From: Alphaproteobacteria bacterium
GTDB taxonomy: Bacteria > Pseudomonadota > Alphaproteobacteria > JBMOFM01
Direction: 5' to 3'
NCBI GenBank assembly: GCA_049318825.1
Contig: JBMOFM010000006.1
Coordinates: 50,013-114,012 of the forward strand
DNA: 64,000 bases
The translations under genes and the position numbers were made by a program. How positions within the stretch are numbered: position 1 is the first letter of the stretch; each line of letters begins with the position of its first letter. The notes beneath the pieces are model-generated. The model was not told where the DNA came from. It worked only from the letters and a program-made list of their open reading frames with translations, and made no database searches. Below are positions 56,524 to 64,000 of the stretch, piece after piece.

Positions 56524-57537
56524 AGCTTTGGGGGCAACAGGTAGGCTGGTACGGGGGGCAGGTTCTAACTTGCCTGTTTCAGAATCGAGGCGTTCAAACC
56601 AGTGGGCAGAGCCTTGATACGCCCAAGCTTTACCCTTTTTATCTTCTTCTCCCACTGCTTTCCAGCTTTCAATAAGTTCCATGGTGCTGGCGGGGCATGG
56701 CGTGAGATCGGACGATTGGTTGACAGTTTCACAAAAAGCAGTGAGCGTGTGCATGGCTTGCACTGCTCGGTATAGCCACCAACCATGTGGTTCTGGGATG
56801 CCAAGAAGATTTTTCCTAGAATAGGGCGTTAGAGGAATGCGTCTTGGGGTATCTGAACCAATAATATCAGTTATTTTTTTGAATGCCAACACCAGTGATT
56901 CAGGCGGGTACCCAGCTTCATATAACCGGCGAATGGCGGAAAGATCGGCATTACGTTCATTGGCAGAAAGAGCCATTTCTGTGCCATCCGTGAATTTTAT
57001 TGTGCCGAATCGGTCGATGTTATGAAGGTTATCAATAGCGATAAATTCCCCTTCTTTAGCCGCCACTTCCCAATGGCCATATTCATGGGCCAATACTGCT
57101 GCCAATTGATTATCATTCAGCAATTCCAAGAACATTCTGGTAATGCCCAAATTGGGAAACTCAGCTGGGTATTGAGGGGCATACCATGCACTTATTTCGG
57201 TTTTGGTGCTGATTTCGATGACCATTTTTTGCAAGTTAAAGACCGCATGGTTAAGAGTTGAACCTGGGTAGGTATTGCTAGCTTTCGCCAAGCGCTGCGC
57301 GATTGCGATTAACCGTTTTACATCGGGATCTTCTGCCAGCCCTGACGCTGATTGTTGCGGTTTGGGGTTAAAAATAAAAGGCGATGATGGCTGCGATGAC
57401 GGAACGATGTTGCTATCATCGGCAAAAACGGGGCGGTTTATGGCAAAAATCGCAAGGGTGCTAGCTGAAATCACAGTCACCATTGCTGCACGATTGAAAA
57501 TCTTATGAAGATGCATGTGTTTACCGCTTGCCTGCAA
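56503..57537 (-). CDS. secreted M48-like zinc metallopeptidase-domain protein, tandem paralog A
   Basis: Signal peptide; AHEYGHWE (HExxH); ERNADLSAIRRLYEAGYPPESL (M48 ExxAD...AGYxP); C-terminal Cys pair AFCETVNQSSDLTPCPASTM. Confidence 0.55.
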   Translation of the reverse strand: MQASGKHMHLHKIFNRAAMVTVISASTLAIFAINRPVFADDSNIVPSSQPSSPFIFNPKPQQSASGLAEDPDVKRLIAIAQRLAKASNTYPGSTLNHAVFNLQKMVIEISTKTEISAWYAPQYPAEFPNLGITRMFLELLNDNQLAAVLAHEYGHWEVAAKEGEFIAIDNLHNIDRFGTIKFTDGTEMALSANERNADLSAIRRLYEAGYPPESLVLAFKKITDIIGSDTPRRIPLTPYSRKNLLGIPEPHGWWLYRAVQAMHTLTAFCETVNQSSDLTPCPASTMELIESWKAVGEEDKKGKAWAYQGSAHWFERLDSETGKLEPAPRTSLPVAPKALLNKSP

Positions 57538-57628
57538 TGCTGTAAACGCATAGCAATATTTCTTTCATAAGGCCAGTATAAATAATTATTCTTTGTGCTC
57601 TGCAACCATAAAACCAGAATATAGAAAA

Positions 57629-58768
57629 TTATGGGGTGTTTTTCAGTAATTTCGGGCGGGGTAGTGTGTTGATGGGTACTGTTATTGTAGCAACTGGTCT
57701 TATCTCGCCGCTATCGGCATTAACGCGTTCAAACCACTTGGTTGTGCCCGTAAACTCCCAAGCTTTAGCCTTTGTATCCTCTTCTCTGGCTATTTTCCAG
57801 CTCTCAATAAAATTCATGGTGCTGGCGGCGCAGGGTGGTAAATTGGGTGAATTTTCAATGGTTTCACAAAAAGCGGTAAGCGTTTGCATGACTTGATTAA
57901 CCCTAACAATATTCCACCCTTGCGGCACAGGAAAGCCCCCCAAGGGCGTGAGCATATCCTGCGGGGTTAATGGAATGGGGTTAGGGGTATCCGAGCCATT
58001 AATATCCTCCATTTTCTTGAAAAAAAGTACTAGTGACTCAGGCGGGTATCCAGCTTCATATAACCGGCGAATGGTGGAAAGATCGGCATTACGTTCATTC
58101 GCGGCTTGTGAAATTTGGCTGCCATCAGCAAATTTTACTGTTCCCACCATTTTCGAGCTTTGTGTATCGAATCTCGCATCTACCCCACTATTATCATTGT
58201 CCTTTTTCAGCACCTCAACATCAATAATTTTTGCCCCTGCTTTTCCAGTTATTTCCCAATGGGCATATTCATGCGCGAATACGGCGGCTAATTGTTGTTC
58301 GGTTAATAACTTTAATAATTTGGCATGCATGCCAAATTTGGGGGTCGCGGCACTGAATAAGGGGTCGTGCCAAGCGCCCTGACCTTTTTCCGACCTGATT
58401 TCCACCGTCAGCTGGTGAAGATCGAAGCTGGGCGGCGTGACCGTGGAATCTGGAAAGCTATTGGTGCCTTGCATCAGCTGCTCCATAATGTGGGGCAAGC
58501 GGTTGATCATGGCATTAATTGTTGGGTCTGCAACATCATCGCCGGTGCGTTTATCTACCATTGTGATGCCGTTATCGGCAGAATATTGAATCCCTTCGGC
58601 AGCTTTTAATTCGTCTGCTGGCGTTTGGTATGATGCCGGTGCAACGCTGCTATCACTGGGCAAGGGCGGTAAAATAATGGGAGATTGTCCTTCTGCCTGT
58701 AGAGTGCCAGCCATAAGCGTTGTAGTTATAGTAATGGAAGCCGCCGCGATATTAAAAAACTGTTTCAT
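57629..58768 (-). CDS. secreted M48-like zinc metallopeptidase-domain protein, tandem paralog B
   Basis: Signal peptide; AHEYAHWE; ERNADLSTIRRLYEAGYPPESL; AFCETIENSPNLPPCAASTM. About 60 percent identical to paralog A in the C-terminal 150 aa. Confidence 0.55.
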   Translation of the reverse strand: MKQFFNIAAASITITTTLMAGTLQAEGQSPIILPPLPSDSSVAPASYQTPADELKAAEGIQYSADNGITMVDKRTGDDVADPTINAMINRLPHIMEQLMQGTNSFPDSTVTPPSFDLHQLTVEIRSEKGQGAWHDPLFSAATPKFGMHAKLLKLLTEQQLAAVFAHEYAHWEITGKAGAKIIDVEVLKKDNDNSGVDARFDTQSSKMVGTVKFADGSQISQAANERNADLSTIRRLYEAGYPPESLVLFFKKMEDINGSDTPNPIPLTPQDMLTPLGGFPVPQGWNIVRVNQVMQTLTAFCETIENSPNLPPCAASTMNFIESWKIAREEDTKAKAWEFTGTTKWFERVNADSGEIRPVATITVPINTLPRPKLLKNTP

Positions 58769-58858
58769 GGCTGTAAGGTGCTAAGGCAATTAAAAAACTC
58801 TATCATTTTACGATAATTAACGAGCAAACTCAAGTTGCTTTCTGCGCACAGCGATTTC

Positions 58859-60007
58859 CTATCGCTTAAAAGCGGGTTTTGAGGATTGTTTAGGCCGCGT
58901 GGTGGCTGTAGATAAAGGCGCGGTTGGTTGTAAAACCGGAGATAGAGATTGTAGATTGCGCAGCCATTTTTCTGTGCCCTGATATGCCCATGCTTCACCT
59001 TGCTGGTCTAACGCTTGTGCTTCTTGTTGCCAGCTGGCCACCAATTTGTTAGTGCTTTCGGGGCAGGTTTCAATAGCACAGAACCCAGCCAGAGCATTCA
59101 TTACCTGTGCTACCCTGAATATTGGCCAACCATGCGGACTACGAGAGCCATCACTAGAGACCACGTCAAAAGGCGTGGTGGGGATAGGGGCAGGGGTTTT
59201 GTCTCCCCACACTTTTTGTAATCGTACCATCGCTAATATAAAAGCTTCAGGGGGCAAGCCGCCGGCATGTAGGCGCTTGATGCTGGCTAAATCGGCGTTG
59301 CGTTCATCGCCAGAGGCCAGTAATTTTGTGCCATCATCAAAATGGAAGCCCATAAACTCACGGCTGGCATGGTAATATTTTTCATTAAAAATAGGCATGT
59401 GAAAACCATTTTTGCCGTCTATTTTTCTGTAAAAACTTGCGGGGTCTGCTGGAGCTAAAGGTTGATTGTTAAACACTCCCTTTTTACCGTGAACCTCTCT
59501 ATGGCCAAATTCATGCGCCAATATTCCCGCCAGTTCAATCTCATTAACCTCTTTGAGTAACGCTGTTGTGATTTCAAAAGCTGGCTGTTCTGCTGGAAAA
59601 CTATGGTCATAAAAGGCATTGGGGTCTTCACTTGCGCTAATTAGAATTTGCATGTGATTGATATCAAGCTCACTAGGGGTAATGGTAGAACCTGGGAAGC
59701 TATTGCTGCCCCGTAATAGCTTTTTTAGTATTTCTGGGAGTTGGGCAATGTTTTCATTCATTCTTTTATCGGTTAGATCACCGCCGCTGCGTTGATCGAT
59801 AATCGTAAAACCATGGCGCTGCGGTGCGATATTTTCTAAAGCTGGCGCATTGGCGGTGGTGGGGGCAGACTGTTCTACAGCCAAAGACGGCATGCCAGTG
59901 AACATGACCGAGCCAATGGCAAAAGACATGGCAACACGGGATGCAATGCCGTTGGCCGCTTGATTAAATGCCTGTTTAATGCCCATATATTTACAATAAA
60001 TATGCAA
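58859..60007 (-). CDS. secreted M48-like zinc metallopeptidase-domain protein, tandem paralog C (more divergent)
   Basis: Signal peptide; AHEFGHRE; ERNADLASIKRLHAGGLPPEAF; GFCAIETCPESTNKL. Confidence 0.5.
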   Translation of the reverse strand: MHIYCKYMGIKQAFNQAANGIASRVAMSFAIGSVMFTGMPSLAVEQSAPTTANAPALENIAPQRHGFTIIDQRSGGDLTDKRMNENIAQLPEILKKLLRGSNSFPGSTITPSELDINHMQILISASEDPNAFYDHSFPAEQPAFEITTALLKEVNEIELAGILAHEFGHREVHGKKGVFNNQPLAPADPASFYRKIDGKNGFHMPIFNEKYYHASREFMGFHFDDGTKLLASGDERNADLASIKRLHAGGLPPEAFILAMVRLQKVWGDKTPAPIPTTPFDVVSSDGSRSPHGWPIFRVAQVMNALAGFCAIETCPESTNKLVASWQQEAQALDQQGEAWAYQGTEKWLRNLQSLSPVLQPTAPLSTATTRPKQSSKPAFKR

Positions 60008-60029
60008 CTTATATTGATTTTACAATAAT

Positions 60030-60515
60030 TTGCATTTAGGTTCAATGAATATTTTGCTGGAGACACCTTCAATGAGCAGCGATTTTACTGAAGAACAACA
60101 ATCACGTAATTATTATCGTTTATGGTTGCAGGATGAGGTGCGCTTTAGCGATTTGGATGCGTTGGGGCATGTCAGTTCGGTGCGTATGCACGAGTTTTTA
60201 GCCACCGCCCGCACCATGCTGTTTGTAAAAGCCATCCCCGATTATCCCCATGCTGCCATTATTCCCATTCTCAAAAAACAATTGGCGGTGCATCAGCATG
60301 AAATTAACTACCCCGCTAGTTTGGATATTGGTCTCACCATAGAGCGCATGGGCAATAGTTCTGTCACTTTTTGTTTGGGTATTTTTCAAGGCACGCAATG
60401 CGCCGTGCTGGCACGCAATGTTTTTGTGTTTAGTGATCGGCAGGCACGCCGATCACACGCCCCGCCGCAGCAGGTAGTCGAAAATTTTATGACATTGGCA
60501 GGGCGTATTTTATAA
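60030..60515 (+). CDS. hotdog-fold acyl-CoA thioesterase (YbgC/4HBT-like)
   Basis: DLDALGHVSSVRMHEF matches the 4HBT D-x-D-x-x-G-H-V-N-N pattern. About 150 aa. Confidence 0.5.
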   Translation: MHLGSMNILLETPSMSSDFTEEQQSRNYYRLWLQDEVRFSDLDALGHVSSVRMHEFLATARTMLFVKAIPDYPHAAIIPILKKQLAVHQHEINYPASLDIGLTIERMGNSSVTFCLGIFQGTQCAVLARNVFVFSDRQARRSHAPPQQVVENFMTLAGRIL

Positions 60516-61712
60516 GCCCATATTTCTTTTTATATGCCACCATCGGGCTTGAATTTTTTCAGTCCACTCTTGCCCTTGTTGTAACACACCTTCAAATTTT
60601 TGCGTGAAGGATTGAGCCGTGCCAATTTTGGGAAATTGTCTAAACGCACAATCCATCCGTTGCCAATATTTTGTTGCAAAAGAATCCATGCCTATCCGTT
60701 CATAGCGGTCACAAGTGAGCTGATCCACCGCTACAGAATTGGCCTTGATGGTAAAAATAGGGCTCTTTTTATCTGCTTGTGTGCAAGTAAAAGGGCACAC
60801 CGCTGTTGCAACGCCTTCTTTGAGTTCTTGTAGGGATGTATCTGGCTTAAATAAAGTGCCGTCTCTCGCAAGCAATGCACCATTACTGGCTGGCCGCTGA
60901 AACTGTACATGATAAACACCAGTAAATAAGCCATCTGTTACCTGAGCGGCAATATTGGGGGGCAATGGAAAAGAAGGCAGGGGCGCTTCAACATTTTTGT
61001 AAATAGAGGCACTGCTGGCTTCTATGGCGGGGAAACAATCAAGCGATTGAGAGTTGATGAGCTCAGCCGCCGCGCCCATGGCAAAACATAGGCTGATTTG
61101 GGTAAGAATTTTGGGATCTTTATATTGTCGAACCACATCCAACCAGTCAATTTCCAACAATAGTTCTTGATCAGCAGAAACGGCCATGGCCGTAATACCG
61201 ATAGAATTGAGAGAATTGACCACAGTTCCCACTGCCATTCCACCAAAATTGAGGGGGGATATAACAAGGGTGCGCTCATATTTTTGTGTGCAATAATTAT
61301 AATCGCCAGAAAAATTGGTGTTATTATTTTTGTATAATAATACAGCCAAGGCACGGTTTAACATGTGTGCACCATATTCAATGGTTTCACTCGGTAATGG
61401 TATTTTATTAAGCCGTTGACAACGGGCAATCAATTCGCTTTTTTCACTGGCTTGCAGATAGCTTGTTTCAGAAAACACTCGGCCTGAGGCTTCATCGAAT
61501 TTGGTTCGGTTATAAAATTCGCCGATATTGCCAGCAAAAACAGCCACAATTTCATGGGCCGCAATATCAGGCAAGGGTTGGGTATAGATGACTTCTCTAC
61601 CGGAGTGTGGGTCTTTATAAAATGACCATAAATCACCACTGCTAATGAAACGCTGTGCAAATTCTTTGCTGTGTGTATTCACCACCCGCAGCAATTCTTT
61701 ATGGTCCATCAC
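60510..61712 (-). CDS. hypothetical 400-aa cytoplasmic protein
   Basis: Long ORF with good codon periodicity; no motifs recognised; no signal peptide. Confidence 0.4.
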   Translation of the reverse strand: MMDHKELLRVVNTHSKEFAQRFISSGDLWSFYKDPHSGREVIYTQPLPDIAAHEIVAVFAGNIGEFYNRTKFDEASGRVFSETSYLQASEKSELIARCQRLNKIPLPSETIEYGAHMLNRALAVLLYKNNNTNFSGDYNYCTQKYERTLVISPLNFGGMAVGTVVNSLNSIGITAMAVSADQELLLEIDWLDVVRQYKDPKILTQISLCFAMGAAAELINSQSLDCFPAIEASSASIYKNVEAPLPSFPLPPNIAAQVTDGLFTGVYHVQFQRPASNGALLARDGTLFKPDTSLQELKEGVATAVCPFTCTQADKKSPIFTIKANSVAVDQLTCDRYERIGMDSFATKYWQRMDCAFRQFPKIGTAQSFTQKFEGVLQQGQEWTEKIQARWWHIKRNMGL

Positions 61713-61778
61713 ACAATACTTCCCATTTACAAGTAATAATTTGGGAAATATTGTGTAAATTTTGCTGTAATAGCAATA

Positions 61779-62358
61779 TTATTTTAGCCGCACATAAGTT
61801 ACCACCCGCCGAACATCGGCAATGGCGCGGGCATGGTTGGTAACGCGGTCAAGCTCTTGCTGGTTTTGGGCAATACCCATTAAATACACCACCCCGCCCA
61901 CTACTTCTAAATTATAATTCACCGATTTTACCTCGCCATCAAAAGCGAGGCGGCTGCGTAATTGGGTTAAAATCCAGCTATCGCGGGCATAGCCGCCGAT
62001 GCCTTCGCTGTCGGCTATGTCCACTTCATTCAGCACTTCGCGCACGCCATTGGCTTGCCACGCTAAACGCACGGCATCGAGACGCATTTCTTGCGTGGGC
62101 ACGCGGCCAGTGATTAATACCTTGCCTTCATGCACGCTCAAATTCAGGCTATTATAGAGCACGCGGTTGGTTTCAATCCATTTGCGGCTAATATCGGCAC
62201 GAATAATATTATCATCAATGGTTTGCCCCACGGGGCGATCTTGGGCAATAACCCCAACCCCTGTGCCAGCAGCCCCCAACACCAACGGGCCACAGCCAGA
62301 AAGTAAAATAGAGCCAGCAAAAGATATTGCAATCATTGCGTGAAACTTCTTCATTATT
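61779..62358 (-). CDS. BON-domain lipoprotein (OsmY/YraP-like)
   Basis: Lipobox LLSGC; two BON-like segments. Gene order rsmI-yraN-BON is conserved. Confidence 0.6.
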
Positions 62359-62728
62359 CGCCCCATATATTTTTTAAGTGTTGTGGTAAGCCCCATGGTT
62401 TTACGAGCACGGCATCAATGCGAATAGAATGGGCATGATGCACGGTTAATAAGGGTTGCACCGCTCTTGCTGCCTTTAATAACCTCTCCCTCTTAGCCGA
62501 TGTTAATGTTTCTGGCAAGTGAGAAGCATTATGGCGGGTTTTTACTTCCACCAGCACCAATGTTTGGCGGTGACAAGCCAAAATATCAACCTCTACCCCA
62601 GCAAAACGCTTTCTTGTGGCTAAAATATGGTAGCCTTTCAACCATAGCCAAGCAATGGCCAGCCTTTCACCCCATTGCCCTAATTGATGGTTGGCCGGCG
62701 GATTTTTCTTTTTAGATGTCGCCGTCAT
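62354..62728 (-). CDS. YraN-family (UPF0102) endonuclease-like protein
   Basis: GQWGERLAIAWLWLKGYHILATRKRFAGVEVDILA...LVLVEVKTR matches the UPF0102 consensus. Confidence 0.7.
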   Translation of the reverse strand: MTATSKKKNPPANHQLGQWGERLAIAWLWLKGYHILATRKRFAGVEVDILACHRQTLVLVEVKTRHNASHLPETLTSAKRERLLKAARAVQPLLTVHHAHSIRIDAVLVKPWGLPQHLKNIWGE

Positions 62729-63663
62729 GCCTGATTTTCATGCCTGACTTTCATGGCTAAGGCTAGATCATAAATATGTTGGCGGGGCAGGGAAAATTCA
62801 GCCGCCACCAACCGTGCCGCTTTAGCGGGGGGGTGGTCAATCAGCAGGGTAGCCAGTCTGGTTTTTATGGCCAATTCATCGGTTGGTTGTTCATCGCCTG
62901 CTGCTGGTTTAGCATCAATCACCACCACATATTCACCGCGAATAATCGAATCGCTTTGCTGGCACATGGCCATCAGTTCTGCTATGGTGCCGCTTTGCAC
63001 CTCTTCAAATTTTTTACTAATTTCCCGCACCAAGGCTGCCTGACGGTTTCCCAAAGCGGCATGAGCATCGGTTAATAAATCAAGGATACGTCGCGCTGAT
63101 TCATAAAACACCAAGCTGGCCTCAGCCTTAGCAAGGGTTAAGATTTTTTCTTTGCGGGCACCAGATTTTACTGGCAGAAAACCACCAAAAACAAAAGGCA
63201 TGGGTGCAAGACCCGATAATAACAACCCCGGCAATACAGCATTTGCCCCCGGTAATACCGTGACCGCCAAACCTTCTGCCCGACAATCTTTCAGTAATTG
63301 CCAACCGGGGTCGGAAATACCCGGCATGCCAGCATCGCTCACTAGGGCCACGGCGTGCCCCTCGCGAATGAGGCTGCGAATATATCCCCCCTGTTTTTCA
63401 TGGGAATGGTCATCATAACGGCATGTTTTTGCTTTAATGCCGTAATGGCGCAGTAATAAACCCGTTACCCTTGTATCTTCAGCGGCTATAAGATGAGCTT
63501 GTTGCAATACCCGTAAGGCACGCAAACTTATATCTTCAAGGCAGCCAATAGGGGTGGGCGTCAGATACAACCCCGCCGCTAGCGGTTCTTCATATTTTTT
63601 TATTATTTCTGGCATAAACAACGGGGCGGAAACCTTATTGAATAAAATGAGCCTGCTGGACAT
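62725..63663 (-). CDS. rsmI: 16S rRNA (cytidine1402-2'-O)-methyltransferase RsmI
   Basis: GLYLTPTPIGCLEDISLRALRVLQQAHLIAAEDTR and the tetrapyrrole-methylase fold motifs. The true start may be the Met at 63615 (MPEIIKK). Confidence 0.75.
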   Translation of the reverse strand: MSSRLILFNKVSAPLFMPEIIKKYEEPLAAGLYLTPTPIGCLEDISLRALRVLQQAHLIAAEDTRVTGLLLRHYGIKAKTCRYDDHSHEKQGGYIRSLIREGHAVALVSDAGMPGISDPGWQLLKDCRAEGLAVTVLPGANAVLPGLLLSGLAPMPFVFGGFLPVKSGARKEKILTLAKAEASLVFYESARRILDLLTDAHAALGNRQAALVREISKKFEEVQSGTIAELMAMCQQSDSIIRGEYVVVIDAKPAAGDEQPTDELAIKTRLATLLIDHPPAKAARLVAAEFSLPRQHIYDLALAMKVRHENQA

Positions 63664-63720
63664 AAGAAACAGGCTGTGGCATTAATAGATGTGATATACA
63701 ATATACGGCGTATCAATACG

Positions 63721-64000
63721 ATGATAAAATGGCAAGCTTTTACATATGTGGCTCTGTTGGCTTTTACTATACAGTTAACCGCTTGTACTACCCCCCGTTT
63801 GCCAGAACGCCCGATTGATCGGCCGATTGTGGGCACCATTTCCAAAAATCAGAATAACCGCTTATATAGCGCGCCTTTACCGCCACAGCCTGCTGTACCG
63901 CCAGTTTCAACCCCAGCGCAACCAGCCCCACCCCCCATATTACCAGAAATCACAACCCCCAACCTCCCCATAGAAACTTCGGCCTTGCCGGCTGTGCAAG
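63721..64000 (+). CDS. lipoprotein, N-terminal part only (LppC/LpoA-like PBP-activator candidate), runs off the window
   Basis: ATG 63721, lipobox LTAC, then a Pro-rich linker. Divergent from rsmI, as yraM/lpoA is in enterics. Confidence 0.35.
   Translation, partial: MIKWQAFTYVALLAFTIQLTACTTPRLPERPIDRPIVGTISKNQNNRLYSAPLPPQPAVPPVSTPAQPAPPPILPEITTPNLPIETSALPAVQ

Overview
Alphaproteobacterium-like chromosomal segment of about 64 kb. Markers for that call are SURF1 next to cox3 (ctaE), a hisG plus UPF0262 pair, lysA followed by a TIGR02302-like gene, and a long VWA-type CobT. All identifications were read by eye from the six-frame ORF track and the raw sequence; no homology search was possible, so names rest on remembered family motifs and architectures.

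Clearly recognisable housekeeping genes: SURF1 (unannotated, non-ATG start, runs off the left edge), ctaE, ruvAB, a biotin carboxylase/BCCP acyl-CoA carboxylase alpha subunit, cobT, argG, ribA, hisG, lysA, bioD and bioA (about 16 kb apart), ackA-fabI, a metal (Mn/Zn-type) ABC transporter with a divergent DtxR/MntR-family regulator, tRNA-His, the rsmI-yraN-BON cluster, and an ECF sigma / anti-sigma module.

Accessory and unusual content is dense:
- 11.5-19.9 kb: a Bcs-like processive polysaccharide synthase locus with non-canonical gene order and domain composition. A BcsB-like periplasmic subunit comes first. The GT2 synthase carries an N-terminal T2SSE_N/MshEN-like domain and no C-terminal PilZ. 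A 12-TM protein, a REC plus degenerate-GGDEF regulator, a small outer-membrane beta-barrel and a membrane-anchored TPR protein follow. This is my best candidate for an undescribed, possibly c-di-GMP-gated exopolysaccharide system.
- 56.5-60.0 kb: three tandem secreted paralogs of a minimal M48-like zinc peptidase (HExxH ... ExxAD ... AGYPP). A fourth, split copy lies at 34.5-35.3 kb.
- Three pentapeptide-repeat-like genes: a tandem 940-bp duplication at 39.2-41.0 kb, and a 288-aa gene on a 1.1-kb insertion flanked by 84-bp direct repeats of the 3' end of the neighbouring gene.
- A cluster of CCCTCTCCC-N3-GGGAGAGGG palindromic repeats at 21.3-21.66 kb.
- A curlin-repeat (CsgA-like) secreted protein.
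- An IDH/IMDH-family dehydrogenase fused to a roughly 255-aa unknown C-terminal domain.
- tRNA-His followed by partial direct repeats of its 3' end (integration scar).
- An unknown 315-aa gene wedged inside the metal ABC operon.
- A 17-bp tandem repeat array in the bioA leader.
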